Under the pieces are notes generated by a model. That model had not been told where the DNA came from. It was given only the letters and a program-made list of their open reading frames with translations, and searched no databases. A stretch of DNA of 64,000 nt, from the NCBI RefSeq assembly GCF_037042905.1, contig NC_087251.1, positions 36,396,001 to 36,460,000 on the forward strand, in the 5' to 3' direction. The DNA comes from Lytechinus pictus. Lineage: Eukaryota. The stretch's first letter is position 1, and each line of letters starts with the position of its first letter. Both the position numbers and the translations under genes were made by a program. This document shows, piece after piece, positions 1 through 12,686 of the stretch.

Positions 1-70
1 AGAGATACACACAATGAAAGGTGTGAAAACATTGTGCCGTGTAATGTCAGTTACCGTGAAAATGCCCAAA

Positions 71-104
71 GGTAGATTCTACGAATGGATGCCATTCAAA
101 GGAG
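71..104 (+). CDS. Candidate 3' part of the upstream papilin-like exon (GRFYEWMPFKG-G), or a duplicated fragment of it
   Basis: Translates GRFYEWMPFKG then G|gt (phase 1). It joins in frame to the exon at 21649 to give ..FYEWMPFKGGPNQCELNC, the spacing I recall for papilin (..FYEWVPYxxxPNxCELNC). The upstream in-frame sequence does not look like the expected DFRxxQC motif, and both the acceptor and the donor (GTAGAT) are weak. Confidence 0.5.
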
Positions 105-1758
105 GTAGATTCTACAGTTCTTTTCGGAGAGGGGGGGTTCTTTCATCATTCTTCTACCTCATAGTCCCGCCCAGAGTAGCATATTTCATATTTTCCTCAC
201 CCTAAATAATGCCTCAAATATATTTTTTTTCATGATAGGGTGCCCTTTTCAGGAGTCCAGGGATAAAAGTAGACTCTGTTCCCCTGATTTGGCAATGTTT
301 ATACCTAGTTTACTGTATGCACATACATCACCCAGCCATGAAAAACCTCCACTTCTGTCTCGGTCCCCTTCTCCACTCCTGATAAATACTTGCATAACCC
401 ATAGACATCAAAATATGCACAATTGTTTTTGTACATCTTCCAGTCTATCACTTAACCTATCTTCATTTTTTAAAACAACATTCATTATTCAACCCGTTGA
501 GATTAGTCAAGTCATCGCAGGAAGCAACCTTCAAATTCCCTCAATTAGTAGTTAATTGCCTGGAATTCCCGCAACGCTAATGATCATGTTTAAAAAGATC
601 CTGTTCTCCAAACCCCATCGGACAAAATTAACTCCTTGAATACTTTGAAGTGGTTCATTGCTATAAGAGTCTAATTGTGAACTAGAGTGCCCTCTCCTCA
701 TGCTGACTTGTCAGAACTCTATTTACCTTGGCAAATTATGTACTTCCATTCTTCTGTCCTTCTGGATTATATGTTTTGTTAATGAACTTAAAGGTTGAAT
801 GTGTTATCGAGATAATATTTTGTATTTCACCTTTGGATCAATGTAATTATATGTAAATACATATCACTGGTGCTGCACCACTTTTTCAACTTTTTATCAT
901 CCTAACATTTGGAAAATTACTAGTAGTTCAAATAGATTAAGAGCACTATGAGAGGAGATGGGCCTATAGATATAGAACAATTAGTCATTTTGTCAGCATC
1001 TGCTTTGAGTTTTTTTTGGTGTTAAATATGAAAATAAGCTTTAATGCTATATTAGTGGATATGAGTCATCCTGACTTGTACTACATAAATACATTCACTT
1101 TCTGGAACATTGGACTTCCTTTCATGTGTGTCAATCATCTCTACAATATCTCCGATCTTTCTTGTTTGAATCAGTAAATGCTCTGCATCTGTGTTCTTTT
1201 CCAATTTATTATTATCTAGATTTTCTAGATTTACTTTTGAAGACTAAAGTATCTGTCATCTCTTTTGTTTGTTTTTCCTATCCACCCATTGCTTGTTACA
1301 CCTGTTCATTATTGACATTGTCTATGCACCATTGACATTGACATTGTCTATGCACCATTGGTGATTACTAGCTGTGAATTAATCATGATTGTGGGTTACT
1401 CCATGGATGGAAACTTTTCCCCAAACTATGTTGATACATGAGCAGTTAAGTGGTAAGTCATGCTGAATAGTTGCATTGTTTCCCATTCATATCAGAATAA
1501 ACATTTAATTCATGTAGGACAGAAAATTGGAGCCTGTCACTTATAGGTGGTTGTGTTCTGTGAGAAAATCCGTGGTGATTTTGCTGACCTGGGACCCAAC
1601 AGCCTTGAATAAAATCTAGAGTCTTTACTTTGGGCCATCCTACAGTATTTTAGACTTACTGTGAATATATTAGCCAGGACTTCTTTTTAAACAAAATACA
1701 GAGAAAAATTCAATATCTTCCTTTTTCTTGAGAAAAGGGAAGTAGGGAAGAGCTCATG

Positions 1759-2140
1759 TACCCCTTTCATAAACCCAATTATGCGGACAATATCCGCATA
1801 ATTTGGTCATAAAATCGGAGCAGGACCAGAGTTATCCGCATTATTTCGATGCTGCAATTATCCGCATAATAGCGGCATCGGGACCAGATTTTGACTTTAT
1901 GAACGCATTTCCAAAGTAATGCGGATAATTGCCATGGTGCGGTCACAAGGTCACCCTTTTCCAACACAACCCCATCGGAGGGGATGTGTGCAGTTGCCAT
2001 GACAATTATCAGCCTTTTTCAGGTCCCGCGCTCGTAAAAAATAGTGCGGATTATTTTCGGAGTTTGTGAATGCAATTTTTATTGAATTATCCGCATTACT
2101 CTTAGGCGGATAATTGGAGGATGGGTTTATGAAAGGGGTA
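1759..2140. mobile_element. MITE with 19-bp perfect TIR (PIF/Harbinger-like, tentative)
   Basis: tacccctttcataaaccca ... tgggtttatgaaaggggta, with internal ttatccgca/tgcggataa subrepeats. TSD not clear. Confidence 0.75.
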
Positions 2141-2893
2141 TAACATTCTTACAAACATGATGAATACATTTACCCACGTTGAGGGTCAAAATATAAATCA
2201 TACATAGTTTATTTTAATATTTGATCTTATAGCCATTGTCAACCCATGATCATAAGCAGCAAATAAGTATGTTTTTTTTCTTTGTTCTAAAGTACCAGCA
2301 AATGAGGCTTATTTCATTCTCTTCTCAGGCCTGTATTTGTTAATACAAATATGATTTTTCAATGATGGCTCTCACTTTGCGAAATAATTTGTTATTCATA
2401 TTTTATTGATATTTTGAGGGACATGAATATTAAAAGAAAAGGATTAAACTTTCATTTTCCTTGAGGGTGCATGGGCAAGTCGGCAGTATCGAGTACTGAG
2501 GATGATATAGGAAAAACAGACCATGGAGATCTATCATTTTGAGTTTATGGTGTTTTAGTTGGTGTCCAGGAAATATTTAATTTCTTGTGGGGAATCCAAC
2601 CTATTTCCACCTCATCCTACCCGGAAATCAAAAGTGTCCGAATGATCCAGCCAAAGGCCCTGTAGCTTTTTTGTATTTGTCGAGCATCATAGAGACTCAA
2701 TTTTGCTGATATTGAATATTAATATCTGTCTTAATGAAGTGATAAATATCCTGCTTAGCAGATTAAATAATTAAATTTCACTTCAATTTTGACTAATAAA
2801 GGTTGAGAACATATATAGTTTGATACTAAAAAAAGGAAAGTATCTTTTGGATTGGGGTATACCTGTAGTTTCGTTCTTATGTTTGACACTTAA

Positions 2894-3497
2894 AGGACAA
2901 GTCCACCCCAACAAAAACTTGATTTGAATAAAAAGAGAAAAATTCAACGAGCATAACACTGAAAATTTCATCAAAATCGGATGTAAAATGAGAAAGTTAT
3001 GACATTTTAAAGTTTCGCTTCATTTCACAAAACAGTTATATGCGCATCCCGGTCGGTATGCAAATGAGGGAACCGATGACATCACTCACTCACTATTTCT
3101 TTTGTATTTTATTATATGAAATATGAAATATTTTGATTTTCTCGTCATTGTCATGTGAAATGAAGTTTCATTCCTCCCTGAACACGTAGAATTCCATTAT
3201 TTTAACATTTTGTGGTTCAGGCAATGAGGTCCTAATCGTCAAATTCGTAAAAATTGAAATATTGTATAATTCAAACAATAAAAAACAAAAGAAAGAGTGA
3301 GTGAGTGACATCATCGACTCTCTCATTTGGATGTAGCTGGCTCGTTCATATAACTGTTTTGTTAAAAAATAAGCGAAACTTTGAAATGTCATAACTTTCT
3401 TATTTTACATCCGATTTTGATGAAATTTTTAGCATTGTGCTTGTCTGATTTTTCTCTATTGATTCAAATCAACATTTTTCTGAGGTGGACTTGACCT
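2894..3497. mobile_element. Kolobok-like non-autonomous DNA transposon (family A)
   Basis: TTAA on both flanks, AGG...CCT termini, ~150-bp imperfect TIRs (aggacaagtccacc / ggtggacttgacct). Confidence 0.85.
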
Positions 3498-4773
3498 TTA
3501 AGGAATACCATATAGGTAGGATATTTCCCAGATGTGATTGTCAAAAATTCATTTATTTTGTTTGGAAAAACAGAAAATCAGTCGGTCAAGGGGCCATTTA
3601 TGGAGATAGACTCTAGGTGCAGTTATGAAAACAATACAAAACACTGCAAAAATGCAGTGGAAACATGCCATTTGATGAACTTTCATTGACTTTATTTTGT
3701 ATCCGTTCCCACATTTCTTGAATTCTCACAGTCTGTCTATGAACAAGATTCCTTTTAAGTGTCCAGAGAGTGAGAGAGAGAGAGAGATGGGGGGGGGGGG
3801 GGGATGGAAGTTAGAGAGAAGGGGTTGGAAGAGGGGAGGGGATGCCCTTGTATCAGGGAAAAAAGAGTGAGAGAAAAAAAAGGTAGAAAAAGAGGGAGAA
3901 TATGGTATCCTCTTGAATACTACAAATATCAATTTGTATATCTTTTATGCTGATAAATACACAAAAGAAGAAATCCAAACTATTACCCCCCCCCCTGAAA
4001 ATAATGAGGAAACCCTTCCATTGTGTTTTAGACTAGACATTAATGTTTACTTTAAAGAGCTTCATTATTTCCTAAAGCAATTAAAAGAGATCATGAATAC
4101 GAGCAATAGTGACAAAATGAGGTTGTTTGAGGAAATCTTATTGGAACAGGAAGGAGAAAAGTGAGGTTCCCCCAAAACATATTTTATGATGAGTATCAGA
4201 AGATACATGTAACTGTGTAGGTCAATTTCTAGAAAAATATCAATGTTTTTATATTTATGATTCATATTCAATTAATTTTTGAAGGGAGGATATGTAAGGG
4301 ATTTTGTTCCTTGATTCACTCTTGATGGAAGATGTTGATTAATGGAGGTTTTTATATATACTTTCACATGAATTGCCAAATTCTTTTAATCTTTGTAATT
4401 CCTCTAGATTACAGTTTATTTTTTTTCATTTCCCAAAATTTACCCAGTTCTACACTGCCTGGGTTGATTTTCTAATTGCGTATTGAATATGTCAGTCATA
4501 ATTTGGGGGGGGGGGGGGTATGGAGGATTGTGTAAATGAAGTGAACCTTCATCTAATATATCTAATGTTTTGGGTAATTAATTTTAGACAAATAAACAAT
4601 AGGTCCATGATGTTAATGGATGCTTCCAATCTGTGACTCTGAATTGGGAATTAAACCCATGTGTTTCAAATCATATTCATTTAGTTTTAAGACACTGCTT
4701 TGATTTTGATGTTTTTTTCTTTGACAAGGATTATTTTAAGGGGCATCCTAATTTCTTACTTGATATATCTTAA

Positions 4774-5555
4774 AGGAGAATGAAAGCCTTGAAACCAGCT
4801 GAATCCATATAAAAGAGAAAAATCAAAGAAACATATTGTTGAAAGTTTGAGGAAGATTGAATGAATAATAAGAAAGTTATGAGCATTTGAATATTGAGAT
4901 CACTAATGCCATGTAGATCCTCCTATTGGCAATGCGGCCAAGATCTGTGATGTCACACACGTACAACTCCCTCATTACTTTAGTACTTATTTCACTTATA
5001 TTCTCACTTTTATAGAGTCTATCACAAGGTGAGGTGTTCTCTTTATGAGAGGACAAGTACAGAGGTTTCACAACATTATATCATTGATGAATCGTTTGTC
5101 GTATGATTAGAATGAGCAAAAAGAGATGTTTTGGGGTATATTTTCAGTGTCCAAAACTTGATAACTCTCCCCTTTTGGACACTGAAAATGTACCCCAAAA
5201 CATCTCTTTTTGCTCATTCTAATCATATGACAAACGATTCATCATTGATATAATGTTGTGAAACCTCTGTACTTGTCCTCTCATAAAGAGAACACCTCAC
5301 CTTGTGATAGACTCTATAAAAGTGAGAATATAAGTGAAATAAGTACTAAAGTAATGAGGGAGTTGTACGTGTGTGACATCACAGATCTTGGTCGCATTGC
5401 CAATGGGAGGATCTACATGGCATTAGTGATCTCAATTTTCAAATGCTCATAACTTTCTTATTATTCATTCAATCTTCCTCAAACTTTCAACAATATGTTT
5501 CTTTGATTTTTCTCTTTGATATGGATTCAGCTGGTTTCAAGGGTTTCATTCTCCT
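4774..5555. mobile_element. Kolobok-like MITE (family B), fully palindromic variant
   Basis: TTAA TSD and aggagaatgaaa...tttcattctcct termini. Arms 4774-5156 and 5173-5555 are near-perfect inverted copies, which explains the mirror ORFs 4877-5071 and 5258-5452. Confidence 0.9.
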
Positions 5556-7494
5556 TTAATGAAAGTGATCCTTCCTCTCCCCAAGTTTACTCATCGTCAA
5601 GATAAGCCATTCAGCCCTATATGAACCAGAGTTAAGAAACCCCACTTCCATCAGCCCAAGTGGGGCGATTCTCACTTGAGCATGGACTGTGACTGTGGAC
5701 TATAAATGTGTTTTGGGGCCTCTTTGTTTCTCAGCGTAAGATTAACTAAATGAAATGTCTCAAATTTAATAAAAATTACTGAAAGCCAAGTGCATTCAAC
5801 CAGTACATAGGTGAATAAACCTTCTAATTCAAGAAAACCAGAGAAAATCCTTCTCAAAATTGTATGCTAGATGCATCTTCATTATTTATATATCTTGGGT
5901 TAGTTCTAATAGAGAGAGTTTGTCATATCAGAAACAGCAAAATAATTTTGAAACTCAGGCTGATGATGACAATGCACCTAGAAGTTTCAAATAAATACAA
6001 TATCTTCAACCCCACAAAGCTTCATCCAGGGACCAGGGCATTTGCATTAGCAATAGGCTGAATTATTATTGCAATAAAATATTCCAGTCCTTCACATATT
6101 GAGATAAACATATCCCACACAAGCGTACCCAAACATTTTCTATTTGTTATGAAAAATTAGGTTGGCCTGTTTAATCTTTGAAATATATTGGGATGAAATT
6201 TGGGGCTTTGTTAGTCATAAAAGCAACTGGAGCTAAAGTAAAATAATTATGTTGTTGTCATTGATTTGCAATTTTAGAGCTCATATATTTTGTTCACCTT
6301 GTGGTTATGTATTTCTTTTAGAAATAAGTGATAATTTCCAAATTGTTGGATATGATATGATGAAAGAGTTGATATGGTCCTCTGGTTAAATATAGAACCC
6401 TCTTTTTTCGCCAAACTTTCTTTAGAATGAAACAATTTTTATCTCCTCATGTCACACCGATCCCAAAACCTAATTCTATCTTCCCATTTCATAGACAACT
6501 AAGTGTGTAAGCTACCCTCATCCATGTAATTCGGTTAACCAAATATGAAATCTTTGGTCATAGATTACAAAAATATATCGGACAAAAACACCCATTAAAC
6601 CTGTTGTGATGGTGGAATTAACTTATTGTGTTGACCTTTTGTTGTGGCAGACTAAATCTTCTAAAATAAACTTTTGAAGATAATTTCATTCAGGAGTGCT
6701 TGTTAGTGGGGCATTTTGCCAGATCTTAGATCAACTAGATGGTCAAGTTTGTGGTCATGGATAGGTCATGGTCAATATCCTGGGGTAGTGGGCAGTGCTG
6801 CGCCACCGTATTGTATTCAGTGTGATATGTGTAACCAACTATCATGAAATTATGAAAAGTTGACTAATCTGTCTATTTGGTCAAAGTCAGAATTTATAGG
6901 GCAGATTTTATCATTTGATGTGGTTACTATAGAGCATTCATTGCTGCAAAAGATCAACACAATTCATCACTTTCTTGAAATAACTTTGGTCATTTTGTTT
7001 TGCTCTGTTGGTCAGTAGATGTCAAACCATGAATCACTGGATGGACACTGACATATTTTTGTCCATCTATGGACTGACCAGTTCAATTCCCTCAAGCATG
7101 TTAAAGAAATATTTTCATATTTTGATACCACATCGGCACGTTCTACTTAGACCTGAGGAAATGACAATATTAGGGTTAAAGTGTGTTAGTCACATCTTCA
7201 AATTTTCCAAATTATTGCATGTGATAAAAAAATATATTTTAGTTTATCGGCCAGGTAATGTTCTAGACCGCAAAGCTATATATGGATTAAAGTGAAAGAT
7301 TTTGAGTATTGAATATTGTCAACAAACAATGAACTGTGATGTAGTTTGTATAAGGATAGAAACCTACAAACTGACATGTAGTTGCTTGGTTTCTTACCTG
7401 ATTCTAATAAAGATCCTTTGGTTTTTGCAAGAGCTTTTTCATCATAACTGTTTCTTTGTAACCCTCATAATTAATGAAAATAATGAAGATGATG

Positions 7495-7605
7495 ATGATG
7501 ATAATAAGTATAGGCATTTATATAGTCCCATCTATCTAGAAATTATCTATTCCGAGGCGCATGGTTATTACTATCATTACCCTGGCCTTAGCTCGAGCTG
7601 CCTTC
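7495..7605 (-). mobile_element. Probable SINE 3' fragment
   Basis: The reverse complement resembles the 3' half and tail of the SINE at 55412 (..agccagggtaat..gcgcct..atagatag..aaatgcctat(att)n). Confidence 0.4.
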
Positions 7606-9480
7606 AGATAATATGATATTGACATATTTTCAGATGCAACATTACCTGTGGTTAATAAATTTATTACATTCAGTATTAAAATTAAAAAATACAATAAACA
7701 AATAAGTATACATCAGTAGATATTGAATAATAAATTTTTTCTTGATGGTTATTTATTTCTTCTGAAAATCAGCAATATGACACAAAGTTTGCGCTCATAA
7801 AATGGTTAATTCAATATTCATGCTGCTCAAATTGCAATCTTTGTGACCATCAAGATAAAAATTGTTAACAATAGATATTGGACCAATTTGTGTGTTTTGT
7901 GTGATTTTTGTTGAGACTAATCTATTTGATTTTGGAAAGTCTGCATATATAGAGCTTTTAATATAGCTAAAAAGACAATATGATATCGCAATTGTTACCC
8001 TAAATATTTTGCCATCTGTTTGAATATTTGATTGATAAGACTGAGCATAAAAATGTTTATGAATTTTCTCAATCATATGACTGAGCATGAAATATTGTAG
8101 TCCTTTAACCAATTCATTAGCAGTAACGGTGACTGATTTTATGACATGAAGTACAAGCCAAATGATTGCATACCAATATTCCTTTAAAAAGTGTAGATAA
8201 TAGGAAAATTGCCAAGCCCTTTTTTATTAACCATAAACTTTTGTTACAAGATTGAATTTTACATGTTAAATTCGAGTTGTTAGTGGGGCATTGAGAGTCA
8301 AAGGGAAACAGAAATTGTTCAGTTATATGTATATTTGTTTTGTATTCATTTATTCAGATCTTGCTGTACATATTAACATACATTTTCTGTTATTCTGTCC
8401 TGAAACATGAACAAAATACTTGATAAAAAATGGAAATATGTTTGTTCAATACTATCTTCAATAACTGCCTTTGTAATTTTAACAAAACCAATTTCTTATC
8501 ATACCATGTCATTGCATAGGGAAACTCGATAGTAGATGGCAACCATTATATCTTTGATAGTTTATTGAAGGGCATATTATGATAATTACAGTTCTTCTTG
8601 ATTAACTTGAACAAATGAGTGAAGATAAGATTGATTTAAGGACAAATATGTATATATTAGAGAACTATTGCGCTCATATTTCTTCTTGAATTTTGGTGCT
8701 GAGAATTTGAGTAGGGCAATAGTGATGATCGTAACGAACATGATGTTATTTGCATGTTCACAACAAGTGCATTTTCTCTACCACTGTTTGATCAAATTTT
8801 GTTAAATTCACTGTGTACATACAACTTAGCATCAAATCTGTCTTATAAAGTCGGCAAGAACTGTTTGAATACTGTATATTTCAAAGTGCACATGCTTTGA
8901 AACTGCTTGAAATGCACGTCCGTTACATAGAATTGCGCAGCATCCAAGTTACCATTCTGTCTGCCCTGCATAGAGTCTTGGAATAGGGAAAACATTGAAC
9001 ATACAGATTATCGCAATGCAATATCAACCTCTCGGGGTCTGATACCCTTAAATAAACTCCCTCAAGGGGTGAATTTAAATCCATCTATACAAGCTTCCAT
9101 CACAGTGTTGGAAAGCATTGCCATTTTCAGAGTCTTTTATAGGAAAGAACAGTACTTTAACCTTCATCTTATTTCTTGAAGTCAGACCACTGCACTTTGA
9201 GCAGATAATGTAAGTAACATTTGGTATGAATTCCCCAAATAGATCATAACAGTGTGAAATCTTAAATATAATGGCATGAAGAGCCAAAAGGTTTAAGGGA
9301 TACAACATCGTGCATGAGGTAAAATTTCTCAAATTTCAGGAGTGAGCTAAAATTTTGGATTTTTTTAATGAAATACTTTTAAAAATTTGCTTCTATATAA
9401 GAATAAAATAAGATCCTACACCAAAGATTCTGCTCGAACTATAGCTTAAGTAAACAATTATTTTGTTTTTTCTTACATGC

Positions 9481-10040
9481 GGGCTAGTGGGCAAATTACT
9501 GATTGGGCAAGAATTCAAATGTGCAATTGGCACTGGAGTAGCGATCAAGAAGTTTCCCTGCAAATCGGGGTGGGCGGATCGCTGGCAGATTCAATCTGAG
9601 AACAGAGGAAGTCAGAAAACAATTGCAAAGCGGTGTAGATCGCATCCTTTTTTAATCCAGTCGGCAAACTAAAATCTTTCTTTCCTCAGAGAAGATATTG
9701 CAGAAGCGTGCAAATCCTTGAAATTATCTGTGCATTGAAATTACCCATGATTTTTTCAGTTTTGAAATCTTTCGCGAACGCCATTTTCCTCAAGTGATAG
9801 AGAAAGCGAACTCATCAACAGTCATGGGCTTGTCACATTCAAGCCTCATCGCTTATTGGTCAATTTTTGTAGACCTGTAGATATAAATATTCATATCAAA
9901 GCTTCACTGGGAGTTTGTAGATTTTCTACAAAGAAATAAAAGAAGATTCACTTTTCATATTCATGAATGGTGAAAGGCAGTCAGAATTCACCCTCCCCTG
10001 GCAGTCTCCTCCGCATGATCAGTAATTTGCCCACAAGCCC
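9481..10040. mobile_element. MITE with 23-bp TIR
   Basis: gggctagtgggcaaattactgat ... atcagtaatttgcccacaagccc (1 mismatch). Confidence 0.75.
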
Positions 10041-10122
10041 AGCACAGATAGGCTAGGCTGGGCTAGATGATGAAACAGATACTGTGAAAAGGACTCTTTC
10101 AGTATGACAAATCTCTTGTTAA

Positions 10123-10690
10123 AGGTCGAGTCCACCCCAGGAAAATGCTGACTTGAATAAATAGAGAAAAATCAAACTAGCATAGTGCTGAAAATTTCAT
10201 AAAAATCCGATTCAAAATAAGAAAGTTATGACTTTTTAAGTTTTGCTTATTTATCATAAAACAGGGATATGCACAACTAGGTGAGTCAGTCGATGATGTA
10301 CATCAGTCGCTATTTCTTTTGTTTTTTATTGTTTGAATTATACAATAATTCATATTTTATAGATTTGACAATAAGGACCAACTTGACTGAACCATATAGT
10401 ATTAAACAATGCTTATTCCACATGTTCAGGGAGGAATTAATCGTTTTATTACTTGACAATGAGGAGAAAATTATAATATTTCATATAATAAAATACAAAA
10501 GAAAGAGTGAGTGGATGACGTCATAGTCTCCTCATTTGCATACCAGCCAGGTTTTGTGAAATTAAGCGAAATTTTAAAATGTCATAACTTTTTTATTTTA
10601 CATCCGATTTTGATGAAATTTTCAATGTTATGCTTGTTGGATTTTTCGCTTTTTATTCAAATCAACTTTTTGTTGGGGTGGACTTGTCCT
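10123..10690. mobile_element. Kolobok-like MITE (family A), opposite orientation to the 2894 copy
   Basis: TTAA TSD; aggtcgagtccacccc ... ggggtggacttgtcct; clear similarity to 2894-3497. Confidence 0.85.
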
Positions 10691-11299
10691 TTAAAGTTAC
10701 TGGCTTTAAACTCACTTCTTTCAACAAACACTGAAGTTTTTCCATTTCGAACTGTTGCTTAAATGATTTCGTGGTAAACATCATGTGTATGCACATGACG
10801 AAAAACCTCCATTTGAGAACACTATACCCCAGTTTCCCTTGCAATAAATTCTCTTCTCCAAGTACGACAAACCCTACTGCCCCAAGCATGCAATGTAAGT
10901 ATCAAAACACCTGTTTCTTGACCTCGGTCCGAAGATAACACAGCAGCCCGGCATATACAGTCACAGCAGGGGGCCACACACGATGGGATGCATGCGCAGC
11001 GCTGAGTGCGGACCCGGTAAGCACGCCGTCATTTCTATTCCCTTACTTTCCTTATTTCGAGGTCGATTTTCTTCGTTCGAAAAAAAACCATTGAATTTCT
11101 GAATACAAGATGCCTTTGAAAACGTGATTAAATATCGAATACAATAATTTCATTCAGAAGGTCCTACTACAGGCAGAGAAGTCTTACGTAATAGCACAGC
11201 TGTTGTTTATCATTTCGTCCTTGGCTCAACGCTCATAATCTGGCCTGTGGAGGTGAAATTGAGACAGCGGGGATTACCTGGCCAAGCGGGGTTGATCAG

Positions 11300-11441
11300 G
11301 CGGGTGTTTCATAAAGCTGTTCGTAAGTTAAGAGCGACTGGTGATCCTGTCTTGCAGTAAATGGTACACACCATTGGCGATAATCACCAGTCGCTCTTTA
11401 AGTCGCTCTTAACTTACGAACAGCTTTATGAAACGGCCCCC
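11300..11441. mobile_element. Short hairpin MITE (family E, Harbinger-like)
   Basis: gtttcataaagctgttcgtaagttaagagcgact ... agtcgctcttaacttacgaacagctttatgaaac. Same family at 21988 and 52779. Confidence 0.8.
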
Positions 11442-12686
11442 TGGGCTTGGAAATGATGTTTTAGATTTTCAAATGCAAAATGGGGTGAAATACCGCAGTT
11501 TGCAATCTGAACTGCGGTACGTTCTCAAACAGGGGTTTGACGTAATGAGTTTGTTGTTTGGCAACAGTATAAGTGTGGATGTTGAGGGCACATGGAGGTT
11601 GCACTTTGGTACTCTATCTGATGGTGCAGTCATATCAACAAAACGGACTCCAGAACGACAAAAACTTACCAATATTACCAATGACACCCAATGGATCGGT
11701 TTGGAATTGTAGTCGTTGGTATGACTGCAGCATGAAGCTTTTTCTAAGGATCGTGACCCAGATTTACCCTAGGATCTGAGTGAATGATGGATTGTTTTAA
11801 TCCTCTTATTATATACCTTCAAGATTAACCCCTTTTTCTGTTTGCAAAATTGTACAAAGTGTGTGAGGTCTGGCATGCCCTTGTCAAGTAAGTGCGTTAT
11901 ACACCCCTCTCCCTCAGACTGACATTCTCCTGATAGAATATATTTCTTTCTAATTACTCTTATTTTTCAAAAAGTGTTAGAATCAGAGACACACAATCTT
12001 GATCACGTCCTCAGTTCAAACTTAAATGTCCTGAACATCCAAACTTCACAAAGCACATCATAGTCATTATCATTCCTCTTCCCTCACACTGTATTTTTTT
12101 CCATCATTCTGAAATTGTCATCTATTATAAATCTTTTTGACATTTGTAAATATGTTTCTAAGTCATATACCCATGTTAATTTATTGATAATCTGATATAG
12201 ATGCATAAGTGAGTTTGTGCATGATGATGTATTATCATCATGACAAATTTATTGCGATTATCACTACAAATACCTTCCATTGTATGCCAAAATTGTTTAT
12301 CATTGAAATCTTCATATTCAAAGTTGTTCCAACAGTTAATGGAGTCCAAGGATTTAGTTAATATCACAGCTTGCCCAGGGCCGGGTCAGGTTCTTTAAAT
12401 TTTGTATTTTATAAAGACTTTGAATATTTCATAACTGGCAATACAAACATGCCCCCTCGTATTCCCCATTGAATAGATTCACCTCTCCCATGCCTCATTA
12501 GTTACTTAATGTACGTCAAATGAGCTGATAATATCATTGTCCTCAAAAATATGATCGATTGGATGCTTTGTGAATTTCATGTTTTGATGGTGTTATTGCC
12601 GAAGTTATGCAGGTCCCTGTCATAAAGAATCACGGAGTACATGTAGTGCTATCACAGCTACAGTCTATCACTTAAGAGGATAGGGT

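Noticed and set aside
1312..1360. Short tandem duplication ttgacattgtctatgcacca
   Set aside because: Ordinary slippage-type micro-duplication with no associated feature.
10900..11780. GC-richer block with overlapping ORFs (11428-11712, 11469-11687), one vaguely LRR-like
   Set aside because: No recognisable domain in any frame and no convincing splice sites. It may be a transposon remnant, but I cannot support a call.
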